A stretch of DNA of 64,000 nt from an uncultured delta proteobacterium (lineage in GTDB: Bacteria > Desulfobacterota > Desulfomonilia > UBA1062): positions 308,745 to 372,744 of the forward strand of contig CAVVYZ010000002.1 of NCBI GenBank assembly GCA_963752595.1, given 5' to 3'. The translations under genes and the position numbers were made by a program. The notes beneath the pieces were generated by a model, which searched no databases, was not told where the DNA came from, and saw only the letters and a list, made by a program, of their open reading frames with translations. Below, in pieces: positions 52,301 to 62,315 of the stretch (position 1 is the stretch's first letter; the number at the start of each line of letters is the position of its first letter).

Positions 52301-53307
52301 TCGTCCGGCGTATACCCGGTCACGGCCTCGCAGGCCGGACTGTGGACGGTGCGGACCACGTTGCCTTTTTCGAGAAGGACCGTGTAGATATAATCCGTTA
52401 TGGCAGAAGTGATCCTGCGATATCGCTCTTCGCTTTCCTTCAGGTATCGGTCGATCTTTTTGCGTTTCGTGATGTCCAGCGCCGTGAACGTTACACCTGC
52501 ACGGGGGTTTTCGGGGTCAAGCGGCGAGAATCTCAAAAAGACGTCGATGACCGTTCCGTCCTTCTTTCTCCACCTGGTCTCCATGGAGCCTATACCCGTT
52601 TCCTTGAGCAGGCGGTCTCTCTCGATTCCAACCTGCTTGAATTCCTCTTCCGTAGGATAAAGGATCTTGGCTGACTGTCCCAACAGCTCCTCTCTGGAAT
52701 AACCGCTTATCTCGGAGACGCGGTCATTCACATCGATGAGTCTCCTTTGAATTGCTACGCCGATGCCGGTCGGCGCCGCACGAAAGATGCTGTCGAGCTG
52801 GGCCTGACGCTCGCAGAGCTCGTTTTCTACCCTTATACGGTCGGTGATATCGCGGATCGTAATCAGGTCTGCCTCTTTGCCCCGGAAGGAGATTTTTTTT
52901 TCAAGGGTTTCAACCCGGCTTTCGTGGCCGTTTAAGCTCAGGATCTTATAGTGTGTTACAAACGCGTCCTGGCCGGTTTGTACAAGCCGGAGGTTTTTCA
53001 GTGCCTTCTGATGCTCATCCGGGGCCAGGAATTGGAAGATGTTCAGGCCGGAGGTGTCCGGCACGGGCTCCAATCCTACCAGACGGAAGGCTGCTGCATT
53101 AGCGTAGAGCACGTTTCCGTCCCAATCAATGATGATGGCGGGATCGAGCCGGCTGTCGGTAAGGATTGCTAGGAAGTTTTGTGACTCCTCAAGGGTCTGT
53201 GCGAGCTTGCTGCGTTCGGATTCAGCCTTTTTCAGTACCTTAAGTTCCGATTGCAAAACGCGGAGCTCATTTTTCAGCTCCTGCAGGTCCTTTTCATGCT
53301 CCTTCAT
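49360..53307 (-). CDS. Multi-PAS hybrid histidine kinase with receiver
   Basis: About 7 PAS/PAC repeats, LAGGIAHDFNN, DTGCGM, GRGLG, receiver DLTMP. Confidence 0.95.
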   Translation of the reverse strand: MKEHEKDLQELKNELRVLQSELKVLKKAESERSKLAQTLEESQNFLAILTDSRLDPAIIIDWDGNVLYANAAAFRLVGLEPVPDTSGLNIFQFLAPDEHQKALKNLRLVQTGQDAFVTHYKILSLNGHESRVETLEKKISFRGKEADLITIRDITDRIRVENELCERQAQLDSIFRAAPTGIGVAIQRRLIDVNDRVSEISGYSREELLGQSAKILYPTEEEFKQVGIERDRLLKETGIGSMETRWRKKDGTVIDVFLRFSPLDPENPRAGVTFTALDITKRKKIDRYLKESEERYRRITSAITDYIYTVLLEKGNVVRTVHSPACEAVTGYTPDDFEKNPYLWYSMVYEEDRDKVHDHIEQVLSNNDMLPIEHRIRRKDGTVRWVTNTPVIHRDLSGGMISYDGVVSDITMRKLAEEELRESEIRFRTLQEASFGGIGIHDKGLILDCNQGLCNLTGFSRDELIGMNGLDLIAPPWRDLVLQKILSGYEKSYDAEGVRKNESIYPLEIRVKNIPFHGRVVRVTEFRDITERKRAEEALRQSEEKLRNIIENSTNAFYSHTTDHHITYFSPQIKKILGYTPEEALRRWTELVSDNPLNAKGLEATEKSIRTGKSQGPYDLELIAKNGRKVWVEVNESPVVVDGKTTMIVGALQDITERKLSEAALRKSEERFKGIANNLPGVVFQFYARSNGEMGLNYVSDRSLDILGIDNNVQNFFTYAVSQIIPEYQEGFFASIDQAIRTVSKWDFVVRYIKPSGEEIYVRGISQPEPPGDEIVFNGVLLDITDQKRAEEALKESEERFRSMIQNSSDIIVIMNEQAIITYETPSVSRILGYEPGHLVGRATYDFIHPEDIEATKTGLLEVFDKSNPGMPTEIRFRKADGSWVHLEAIGKNLMGFPGINGIVITARDITDRKKVEDERIEMERRFQHAQKLESLGVLAGGIAHDFNNLLMAILGNLDLSQIDIPPDSRSKHFINQARFAARRAADLTNQMLAYSGKGRFDLKTFDLSELVEEMARLLKASISKTVTLNLQMGRNIPYMTADPGQIQQIIMNLIVNASEAIGDRPGVVTITTGVKECDEACLEQSRLKEKPPAGLYVFIKVRDTGCGMDEQTKERLFDPFFSTKFTGRGLGMAAVLGIVRGHRGAIIVESTHGEGTSIRVMFPALITTMKLSDSGRNDAGMSESEGEQDGPATGTVLLVDDEDMVLDLCSAMVERLGYRVFNASDGKEALDVFQKHAGEIDCVILDLTMPRMDGIEAFERLKRIRSDIKVIVSSGYSEQEVEHRLQGKKPAGFIKKPFELNVLRNELARVLKND

Positions 53308-53528
53308 TCTTATACTACCTCGCCTGTGCGTTGCCGTATTCCCACGTGGCCTTGGTAAGCCCATTTCCAAAACGAATGGTTATTTGTGAGTAATAAGGGT
53401 GATGAGGGCATGTGTCAATGGAAAGACAAAAACAAGGGTGAATGACCGGTATCTGTAGATAGTTCACTGCCTGTATAATGGTTATTAACCTTTCCACCGA
53501 AAAGATCGGAGAATAGGTTAAAAAAAGG

Positions 53529-55082
53529 ATGCAGCGATTCATGGACATGCAGGCATTGATGAAAGAGTATGCACATTTTGTCAGGACGAGTGCGGACGAG
53601 TGCATCATTGCCGAAGGCAGCTGCGGAGATTCCTTTTTTTACATCCTTTCGGGCAAAGTCAAAGTCACCAAGCGGATCGGCGAAAAAGAGGTGACTTTAA
53701 GGGAACTTGTCCCGGGTGAATTCTTTGGTGAACTCGCTTTGATCCATGACAAGCCACGCGCGGCATCGGTATTGTCCGTAGAGAAAACCGAGCTGTATGA
53801 AATGGGACGTGAGAGCTTTTACAAGCTGCTGAGGAACAATCCCGAGATCTCCATGGAGATACTGTGTACCTCGTCCAACTGGCTTCTGGAATCCCACAGG
53901 CAGTACATAGAGGAACTGCAGCAGCAGACGAGGGAGCTTGCCATGCTCCTGCAGCAGAAGGATCAGCTGGCTGTTTCTCTCGAACACGAGAGCCGCCTCC
54001 TGGAGCAGGAAAAAGAAAAGTATCAGTCTCTTGTCGAGCATTCCCTCGTAGGTGTTTTCGTTGTGCAGGGCGGCAGGATCATATTTGCTAACAACACGTT
54101 CATCCGCATGACCGGGTACCGGGCAATGGATGAGATCTATCGCTTGCCTCCCGATGAGCTCTTCCTTCAGAATACACATGTTTTCATCAATGATAAAACC
54201 GATGCAAAAGGCCTTGAACACTATGAAATCAAGGTGAGAACAGCACACGGCGAAGAGAGGATCTGGGAAATCCGGTCTGTCCCTATCATGATGAACAATG
54301 AACGTGCAATGCTTTCCAATGCGAGCGACCTGACGGAAAAGAAGCGGCTGGAAAAGGAAAATGAGGATACCAGGATGCAGCTCATGCAGGAATCCAAGCT
54401 TGCCTCCATCGGATTCCTTGCGGCAGGAATCGCTCACAATCTCAATAACCCATTAGCCTCCATTTACACGGTGGCCCAGTTGCTGAAGCAAGAACATCCG
54501 GAAATGGTAGAGGCGGACCGGATCGTTCAGCTTTGTCAGAACATGATTAATATCATCAAGAATCTGATGATCAAGAGCAGGATGGATCAATCCGACGAGG
54601 TGATAGCCATCGATTTGAACAAGCTCCTGGAAAATGAACTTAAATTTTATGAGGCAAACCTCGATTTCAAGCATTCCATTACCAAGGAATATGACTTCGA
54701 AGAAGGCCTGCCGGACATATACGGGGTATACAACGATTTTTCCCAGGCGATCATGAATATCGTCTCGAATGCCGTGGACGCGATGTGTGACAGCCCGCGT
54801 AAGAGGCTAAGCATCAAGACACGCTCCGATTCAAAAAACATCTTCATAGAAATAGTCGATACGGGCTGTGGTATCCCCCGGGAACACCTCGGCAAGATTT
54901 TTGATCCCTTCTTCACCACGAAACCGATGATGAGTGAAAAACATGAGGGAGAGCCGACCGGAACAGGCCTGGGAATGGCATCAAGCTTACAGCTGATTCG
55001 CAAATATCATGGCAACATCAGGGTGAAAAGCACAGTGGGCGAAGGCACGTCCGCGACCCTGGTAATACCGATCGCTCCATGA
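53529..55082 (+). CDS. cNMP-binding/PAS histidine kinase
   Basis: GEFFGELALI..PRAASV, PAS, AAGIAHNLNNP, GTGLG. Confidence 0.92.
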   Translation: MQRFMDMQALMKEYAHFVRTSADECIIAEGSCGDSFFYILSGKVKVTKRIGEKEVTLRELVPGEFFGELALIHDKPRAASVLSVEKTELYEMGRESFYKLLRNNPEISMEILCTSSNWLLESHRQYIEELQQQTRELAMLLQQKDQLAVSLEHESRLLEQEKEKYQSLVEHSLVGVFVVQGGRIIFANNTFIRMTGYRAMDEIYRLPPDELFLQNTHVFINDKTDAKGLEHYEIKVRTAHGEERIWEIRSVPIMMNNERAMLSNASDLTEKKRLEKENEDTRMQLMQESKLASIGFLAAGIAHNLNNPLASIYTVAQLLKQEHPEMVEADRIVQLCQNMINIIKNLMIKSRMDQSDEVIAIDLNKLLENELKFYEANLDFKHSITKEYDFEEGLPDIYGVYNDFSQAIMNIVSNAVDAMCDSPRKRLSIKTRSDSKNIFIEIVDTGCGIPREHLGKIFDPFFTTKPMMSEKHEGEPTGTGLGMASSLQLIRKYHGNIRVKSTVGEGTSATLVIPIAP

Positions 55083-55089
55083 CCCTCAA

Positions 55090-56583
55090 TCACTCCGCAA
55101 AAGGCATCCTGTCAAACCACGGCTGAGCTTTTTCGAGCTGAGACGCAAGCCTGAAGAGCACGGCTTCTTCTCCGGAAGGTGCAATGAACTGCACGCCCAA
55201 GGGAAGATTATCTCTATTCCAGTACAGCGGTACCGACATGGCAGGCTGACCGGTAATGTTGGCAAGCTGGGTAAACGGCGTTTTTGCCAGCGTTTCGACC
55301 GCAATCCTGTCCGGGATGCCGGACATGCGCATGAGACGGCCCAAGCCGAACTTGTTCGTGATCTTCATGAGGACCTCCTCGATCCCTGAGACCTTGAGCT
55401 CGCCGATTCTCACGGGTGGTGACGCGGTAGTGGGGGTGAGGAAAAGGTCATATTTCTGATGGAAGCTTGCCATGGCCCGTGCGGCACGGTTCCACTGACG
55501 CAAGCTCTCCACGAACTCGCCCGCCGAGTATGCATTGCCGAGGAGGCCGAGCGACCAGGTAGGCCCTTCCATGTCTTCCGGCACCGCCTTTCTTCCCAGG
55601 ACCTGCTTCAGTTCCATGATATCCGCCGCTATTTCACCGAAATACATCATGAAGTAGCTTCGGGCAACAGCCAGGCCGTCTAGAGGTGGCTCTTCCTCCT
55701 CCACGGTATGGCCGAGCCCTTCAAGAAGGCGAACGGAATGTTCTACCGCGGCTCTGCAATCCGGATGCACCTCCGTCTTGAGCGGAGACAGAACCGTGTA
55801 GCCGATTCTGAGCGATCCGGGATCCCGATCGAGCTCATCGAGGAACGGGTTTAACGGCTTCGGCAGAGAATACTGCTCACCGGCTGCCGGGCCGCATACC
55901 GCATCAAGCATGGCAGCGCAGTCACGGACCGAACGGGTGATCACGTGCTCGGTGCATGCGCCCTGCCAGATCTGACCGAACTCGGGGCCTGTGGGGATCC
56001 TTCCGCGGGATGGCTTCAGGCCGAAGAGCCCGCAATAGGCCGCCGGGATGCGGATGGAGCCGCCGCCATCGCCTCCCGAGGCCATGGGAACCATGGAGCT
56101 TGCAACTGCTGCAGCCGATCCGCCGCTTGATCCTCCTGGCGTACGCTCAAGATTCCATGGGTTTCTCGTGGGCCCGTGAAGTTCAGGCTCGGTGATCCCC
56201 ATGAGTCCGAACTCGGGGGTATTGGTTTTGCCCAGGATCATTACCCCGGACTTTTTAAAACGCATCATCATCTCACTGTCAAAGTCGGGGATGTAGTTCC
56301 TGAAGGCCTTGCTGCCCTTTGTCATGGGCACACCCTTGCAAGCGGAAACCAGATCTTTGATCAGGAAGGGCACACCGGTAAAAGGGCCTTGGGGAAGTCC
56401 CTTCCTGATGCAGTCTTGCGTCTGATCGTACATCCTGCAAATGACGGCATTAAGGGCGGGGTTAAGCTTCTCGATCCTCTCGATCGCCTCATTGCAGAGC
56501 TCTGTGGGGGAAATCTCTTTCTCCCGCACGAGCCCGGCAAGGCCCAGGGCATCATATTGATCATATTCCTGGAATTTGCCCAT
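55090..56583 (-). CDS. Amidase signature family enzyme
   Basis: [26 protein letters not shown]. Confidence 0.93.
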   Translation of the reverse strand: MGKFQEYDQYDALGLAGLVREKEISPTELCNEAIERIEKLNPALNAVICRMYDQTQDCIRKGLPQGPFTGVPFLIKDLVSACKGVPMTKGSKAFRNYIPDFDSEMMMRFKKSGVMILGKTNTPEFGLMGITEPELHGPTRNPWNLERTPGGSSGGSAAAVASSMVPMASGGDGGGSIRIPAAYCGLFGLKPSRGRIPTGPEFGQIWQGACTEHVITRSVRDCAAMLDAVCGPAAGEQYSLPKPLNPFLDELDRDPGSLRIGYTVLSPLKTEVHPDCRAAVEHSVRLLEGLGHTVEEEEPPLDGLAVARSYFMMYFGEIAADIMELKQVLGRKAVPEDMEGPTWSLGLLGNAYSAGEFVESLRQWNRAARAMASFHQKYDLFLTPTTASPPVRIGELKVSGIEEVLMKITNKFGLGRLMRMSGIPDRIAVETLAKTPFTQLANITGQPAMSVPLYWNRDNLPLGVQFIAPSGEEAVLFRLASQLEKAQPWFDRMPFAE

Positions 56584-56836
56584 GGCGTGGATCTCCTTTT
56601 TAGTAAGATGATATGATCATATTATTTACATTCTATTTTGAATAAAGCAAGAGAATGGGCAATCTCCCGATGCCTCTCCGGCCCGGCCTTTCACTCGGGT
56701 TGCGGGTTTGTCGGCAAGCCCTATGGCCGGTTCCGAACCACCTATGAAAATCTTCTTTCACATTAAATTTACAAGGGGTTTCTCATCTTCCATGGTATCA
56801 ATACACACTTTTAACCATCATGAGAGGAGCAGTCCC

Positions 56837-57454
56837 ATGCAGCATACGGTATTCGACACCCCGGTCGTCAGGACGTTTCTTCGCTGGATATCACTTGCTT
56901 ACCTGAAGATTTTCGGATGGCGTTATGAGGGGCGGATGCCGGATATTCCAAAATATGTAATGATTGCAGCCCCGCACACCTCAAACTGGGATTTTCCCAT
57001 CACCATGTTCTTGGCCTTTGCCTTAAATTTGAAAGTTTACTGGATGGGAAAGGATAAGCTGTTCAAGCGGCCGTTCGGTTCTGTCATGCGGTGGCTGGGC
57101 GGTATCCCTGTCAACCGCAGCAAATCAAATAATGTTGTGGCGCAGACCATCGATGCCTTTAACAGCCATGAAAAAATGGTCATTATAATCCCGCCCGAGG
57201 GAACCCGGGGCAAAGTTGCTTACTGGAAAACCGGTTTTTACCACATCGCCCACGGCGCCCGTGTTCCCATTATGCTTGGATACGTCGATTACGGGCGTAA
57301 GGCCGGCGGTATCGGCCCGATTCTCATGCCGACCGGCAATATCGAAGAAGACATGAAGACTATCCGTGCCTTTTATGCCGGGGTCACAGCAAAGTACCCC
57401 GAGAAATCCAGCATGGCCGCCGTCAATCCGGTTCAGTCGAGAAAAGTAGCCTGA
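56837..57454 (+). CDS. Lysophospholipid acyltransferase family protein
   Basis: APHTSNWD, GGIPVNR, PEGTR; GAGGAG RBS. Confidence 0.9.
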   Translation: MQHTVFDTPVVRTFLRWISLAYLKIFGWRYEGRMPDIPKYVMIAAPHTSNWDFPITMFLAFALNLKVYWMGKDKLFKRPFGSVMRWLGGIPVNRSKSNNVVAQTIDAFNSHEKMVIIIPPEGTRGKVAYWKTGFYHIAHGARVPIMLGYVDYGRKAGGIGPILMPTGNIEEDMKTIRAFYAGVTAKYPEKSSMAAVNPVQSRKVA

Positions 57455-57518
57455 GTACGCTTTTCATCATCCTCGGCGCTCTTTGCGAACCGCAGGCACT
57501 TTCTGCGGTTCTTCCCTG

Positions 57519-58304
57519 TTATTCCTTCCAGCCGATGTCACGGTAAAATCTCATGGATCCTATCTGTCCCGTGATATGGTCGGAGGAGCCGGATGCAAGG
57601 AATACGGCCAGCTGCGCCACCTCGTCAGGATCTTTGAGGATGCGGTTCTCCTTGTATTCCACAAACTGGCGATGGATCTCTTTGCTTAAGACTTCCTCGC
57701 CCATCCCCCGGATGGTATCGTGCATGGAGGTGTCCATAACACCGGGGTTTATGGCATTGACCTGTATCCCATGCTGGTCAACCTCGGAGGCAACGGACCT
57801 GGTAAGCTGGATATCGCCTGCCTTTGACACGGCATAGGCGCAGAAGCGAGGGAAAGGCATCTGGCCCAGTCCCGACACGATATTGATGATCTTGCCGCTG
57901 CGGTTTTTGATCATGTGGGGAAGGGCTGCGCGGGTGAAGAGGAAGTATCCTGTGAGGTTGATCCCTAACGTGATGTTCCAGCCGGTGAGGTCGGTATCTT
58001 CCAGAAACCGCGGTGGTCCTATGATCCCTGCATTATTGACCAGGATATCCAGTGCATGGAAGCTGTTCAGCGTTTCATTCACCGCCTCTGCCGCGTCACC
58101 TTCCTTGGAGACATTGCCCGTAAAAATCATGATCTTTCCCGCCTTTATCTGCTCAATCTCCTCGGCTGCCTTCTGTAGTTCGTTTTCATCAAGGCTCATC
58201 ATCATGACATCCGCCCCTTCCCTGGAAAAAGCCTTGGCAATTGCCTTCCCCAATCCACGGCCTGAGCCGGTTACGATTGCCGCTTTGTTTTTAAGCCTCA
58301 TCAT
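57519..58304 (-). CDS. SDR family oxidoreductase
   Basis: TGSGRGLG, NNAG, YAVSK. Confidence 0.9.
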   Translation of the reverse strand: MMRLKNKAAIVTGSGRGLGKAIAKAFSREGADVMMMSLDENELQKAAEEIEQIKAGKIMIFTGNVSKEGDAAEAVNETLNSFHALDILVNNAGIIGPPRFLEDTDLTGWNITLGINLTGYFLFTRAALPHMIKNRSGKIINIVSGLGQMPFPRFCAYAVSKAGDIQLTRSVASEVDQHGIQVNAINPGVMDTSMHDTIRGMGEEVLSKEIHRQFVEYKENRILKDPDEVAQLAVFLASGSSDHITGQIGSMRFYRDIGWKE

Positions 58305-58624
58305 ATACTTCCCCCTTCATATGAATATAGAATCAGAGAGCCGGGTATACAGGGGAGGGAGTGACAGGGACCGTCTGAAGCAGGATACAGTGCAGCTGCT
58401 CTCCATGCAAACCAAAGATTTGCTGTGTAAAATATTAAAATATTTCGACCTATTGCATAATCAATGTGAAAAGATTAAGGGTATCATCATGTGCAGGGTA
58501 GACTCTTATGTCTCCCGGTAGTATATTGGAGAAAAGCGGGGCCTTTTTCATAACAATACTTTCACGATGACGGCTTCCTGCCGGTGAATACACCGAAACA
58601 GAAATAATTTCAGGACGGCAGAAG

Positions 58625-60079
58625 ATGTATAGTCTTTTTGGAATAATAGCGGGATTTCGAATTCAGGATATTTTCGATATCCTTATCATCACTACTCTGA
58701 TTTACGTTGTGCTTATCTGGTTCAAGGACACGGCATCCAGGTTCGTTTTTGCCGGGATAAGCCTGTTGGGTGTAGTGTACATCGTTGCCCGCCTTTTCCA
58801 CCTCTACCTGACCTCCCTGGTCCTCCAGGGCTTTTTCGCCATCCTCCTCATTGCCCTGGTAGTCATTTTCCAGGAAGATATCAGGAGGTTCTTCGAGCGT
58901 CTTGCCACCTGGGGGGCGCTCCGTAAGTATAAGACAGAAACAGGCGACAGGAGATGGCCCATCGATATCGAGGTGCTCATCGAGAGTGTGGCTGATCTCT
59001 CTGCACGCAAGGTCGGTGCAATCATCGTTCTTCAGGGCCGCGATCCCCTTGAAAGACATCTCAAGGGAGGGTATGAGCTTTCCGGAAAGCTCAGCCACCC
59101 CTTGCTTGCAAGCATTTTTGATCCTCATTCCATGGGGCACGACGGTGCAGTCATTATCGATGACGATAAGGTGATCAGGTTCGGGTGCCATCTGCCGCTC
59201 TCTCTCGATACCAGTAAGTTCGGTAAGTTTGGGCTCCGCCATACTGCAGCGATAGGCCTTTCCGAGCGCTCGGATGCCTTGTGCATCGTCATTTCCGAGG
59301 AAAGGGGAACCATTTCCCTGGTCCAGGAAGGCAAAATGATAGCAGCAAGGAAACCGTCCGAATTAAGCTCGATAATCAAAACCTATTATGAAAAGGAAAC
59401 GCTCTTCGAGAGCGCCCAGACCAAGTCGAACTGGCTCAAACGGAACACCATGGAAAAGGCGGTTGCCGTTATGCTCGCCTTCGGCCTCTGGTTTGCTTTC
59501 GGTTATCAGAAAGAGTCGGTGCAGAGAGATTTCATGGTGCCAATCGAATTCAGGAATGTATCGCCGGACTGGGAGATCGAGGAGAGCCGGCACAGGGAGG
59601 TGACGCTGACGCTGACCGGCCCGGACCAGGCTTTTGATCTCCTCGATCCGGCAATACTGAAAATATCCGTCTCCCTCTCCAACCTTGTTGAAGGAAGACA
59701 GGACATCCCGTTATCCGGCCAGATGGTGAAGATCCCTTCGAACCTCTCCCTGGAGAGAATCAAGCCGGAGCAAATAAGGATTACCGCCTACAAATTCTAT
59801 TCCTACAATGCCCCCATACAGGTGAAAACATGGGGTGAGGTCCCGGAAGGGTATGTGCTGAAAGGCATCTCCGCTCACCCGGATAGCCTTGCCGTGCACG
59901 CTTCCAAGGACTTTATCCGAAGGAAGAGCCAACTGCTAACGGAGACCATTGACCTGTCACATATAAAAGAAAACACCACACTCGATGCAAGGCTGCTCAT
60001 GCCTTCCGAGGTGCGGTCCAAGTATGGCCAGGGACAATCGGTCAATGTGACCATCAACGTGGCCAAGAAGCGGGTTTAA
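58625..60079 (+). CDS. Diadenylate cyclase (DacA/CdaA) fused to TM and YbbR (CdaR-like) repeats
   Basis: 3 TM, FQEDIRRF.E, HDGAVII, GLRHTAAIGLSE, SEERG; second TM and YbbR-like repeats. Confidence 0.88.
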   Translation: MYSLFGIIAGFRIQDIFDILIITTLIYVVLIWFKDTASRFVFAGISLLGVVYIVARLFHLYLTSLVLQGFFAILLIALVVIFQEDIRRFFERLATWGALRKYKTETGDRRWPIDIEVLIESVADLSARKVGAIIVLQGRDPLERHLKGGYELSGKLSHPLLASIFDPHSMGHDGAVIIDDDKVIRFGCHLPLSLDTSKFGKFGLRHTAAIGLSERSDALCIVISEERGTISLVQEGKMIAARKPSELSSIIKTYYEKETLFESAQTKSNWLKRNTMEKAVAVMLAFGLWFAFGYQKESVQRDFMVPIEFRNVSPDWEIEESRHREVTLTLTGPDQAFDLLDPAILKISVSLSNLVEGRQDIPLSGQMVKIPSNLSLERIKPEQIRITAYKFYSYNAPIQVKTWGEVPEGYVLKGISAHPDSLAVHASKDFIRRKSQLLTETIDLSHIKENTTLDARLLMPSEVRSKYGQGQSVNVTINVAKKRV

Positions 60080-60252
60080 TGATGGTGCTTTCCCCCATTC
60101 TTTTCCTGGGAGAGATGCCGCGATGCATGATATAGAGATCTAAGTTTTGGCCTCAGAGGCCTGTGCAAGGATGTGCAATATGAGGTGCACCTGGGAGTGA
60201 TACACCGCACCTCCAGCCACACATATGATTTTTATCCGATGAAGGGGGCTTT

Positions 60253-62292
60253 ATGGGATACAGAAACGATACTCTTTGCGGTATCTTCCACAACCAGGCT
60301 TTGCGTTATCAGGATTCGTATACCTTTTTAATGGGAAGGTTCGACGAGCACGGTTCTCCCATTTCCGGCTACCGGAGCATCACATGGAAACAGGCCCGCG
60401 ACAAGGTTTTGAGTCTGGCACGGGGCCTGGTCAGCCTGGGGTTGGAGCCGAAGCAGACCGTTGTCGTCTTCTCGGAGAGCAGGCCGGAGTGGATCATCGC
60501 CGACCAGGCGATTCAGGCCTGCGGAGCAGTGGGAGTGCCTCTGTATCCGACTGTTTCCAGGGATGAACTGGCCTACATGATCGTGGACAGCGAATCGAAG
60601 ATCGTGGTGGCGTCAACGAAGTCCAAGGCGAAAGAGGTGCTGGAGATCAGCCGGGAGGATAAGAAACTAAAAAACTTGATCATCATCACGATGGAGCCAT
60701 GGGACGATCCCGGCACAGGGAATATTCACAGCTTCTCCGATCTCATGGAAAGAGGATGCAGGGAGGTTGCCATCGAAGCCGTCGAGGAAAGGATCCAGAG
60801 GGTTATCCCTGAAGACACGGCTGCCATCATTTATACTTCCGGCACCACAGGCAGGCCTAAAGGGGTTGTTCTCACCCAGGGCAACTTTGTCTCGAATATC
60901 TATCAATCCACCCGAAGCGATCTTATGCAGCGCATGAAGGATCGCGATCTGCACCTCGTTTCACTCGTGCACCTGCCTTTGTGCCATGTGTACGGGAGGA
61001 CAGCGGAATATCATGTCGGGGGCCTGTATCTCGGAGGGATCCTCGCCTTTGCAAAAGATTTCAATTCAATTCCCCAGGATATACTCGAACTCCGGCCAAA
61101 TATCATCGTCTCGATACCCCGTTTTTTCGAAAAGACCTATGATATCATACAGGCGACTGCTGCGCGGCAGAAGGGCTTCAGGAAGAAACTCTTCGCCTGG
61201 GCACTGGAACGGGGAAAGGTGTACAGCCAGGCAATGGCAGAGGGCCGCAGAATCTCAATGATCGAGCTCAACCTCTTCGGCCTGGCGAATATGTTCGTCA
61301 TTGACGGTCTGAAAAAAATGATGGGTATGGACCGGCTCGTCATGGCGCTATCCGGTGGGGGGAAGCTTTCCAGGGAGGTCTGCTCATTTTTCAGGTCGCT
61401 CAATATCCAGCTGCATGAGGGTTATGGTCTGACAGAGACCTCTCCGGTAATCAATTTCAACCAGCCCGAGATCCTCGACGGCCAATCCCACGGGCTCCTC
61501 TATAAGAAATTCTATAATACGGTAATGGATGTCGCAGTGGGTCTCCTCATTGAAAAACAGGCAAAGGGGACATCTCCATTCGCAAATCCCCTTGCTGCAG
61601 CCCTGCTCGGTTTATGCTACCAGACCGTGCTCTACAAGCTCAGGGTCAAGCCGGGGACTGTAGGCAGGTGCGCAGTCTGGACCGAGGAACGGATTGCTTC
61701 AGACGGCGAGATCCTGGTAAAAGGGCCCCAGGTGTTCAAACAATACTGGAAAATGCCTGAGGATACGAAGGACGCCTTCACCGAAGACGGATGGTTCAAG
61801 ACAGGTGATATCGGTGTTTTCGACTCCGAAGGATTTCTTACCATTACGGACCGGAAGAAAGAGCTCTTCGTCAACTCTGGAGGAAAGAATATCGCCCCCC
61901 ACCCCATCGAGGTCGCACTTCTTACGAAGCCGTATATCGACCAGGTCTGTCTTGTGGGGGATGGGAGGAAATATATCACCGCATTGATCATCCCGGACTT
62001 TAAAGAGCTTGCGCGGTTTGCAAAGGAAAGGAATATCCAATACCAGACTCCGGAAGAGCTTGCCCGGACTCTTGAGGTGTACGAGCTTATAAAAGCTCAG
62101 GTGGATGAAACCAACAAAGACCTTGCACGCTACGAGCAGGTCAAGTACTTTACCATACTCGGACAGCCGTTCTCCGTAGAGACCGGAGAGCTTACTCCGA
62201 CCTTGAAGACCAAGAGAAGGGTTGTCTGCGAAAAGTATAAGGATGCCATAGAAGCCATGTACTCCCAGCCTTCCGGCAAAGGGGCATCTTAG
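60253..62292 (+). CDS. Long-chain acyl-CoA synthetase (AMP-dependent)
   Basis: YTSGTTGRPKG, EGYGLTE, WFKTGD, DRKKE, ELTPTLK. Confidence 0.92.
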   Translation: MGYRNDTLCGIFHNQALRYQDSYTFLMGRFDEHGSPISGYRSITWKQARDKVLSLARGLVSLGLEPKQTVVVFSESRPEWIIADQAIQACGAVGVPLYPTVSRDELAYMIVDSESKIVVASTKSKAKEVLEISREDKKLKNLIIITMEPWDDPGTGNIHSFSDLMERGCREVAIEAVEERIQRVIPEDTAAIIYTSGTTGRPKGVVLTQGNFVSNIYQSTRSDLMQRMKDRDLHLVSLVHLPLCHVYGRTAEYHVGGLYLGGILAFAKDFNSIPQDILELRPNIIVSIPRFFEKTYDIIQATAARQKGFRKKLFAWALERGKVYSQAMAEGRRISMIELNLFGLANMFVIDGLKKMMGMDRLVMALSGGGKLSREVCSFFRSLNIQLHEGYGLTETSPVINFNQPEILDGQSHGLLYKKFYNTVMDVAVGLLIEKQAKGTSPFANPLAAALLGLCYQTVLYKLRVKPGTVGRCAVWTEERIASDGEILVKGPQVFKQYWKMPEDTKDAFTEDGWFKTGDIGVFDSEGFLTITDRKKELFVNSGGKNIAPHPIEVALLTKPYIDQVCLVGDGRKYITALIIPDFKELARFAKERNIQYQTPEELARTLEVYELIKAQVDETNKDLARYEQVKYFTILGQPFSVETGELTPTLKTKRRVVCEKYKDAIEAMYSQPSGKGAS

Positions 62293-62315
62293 AAAGAGAC
62301 CAGGGTGACAAAGGA

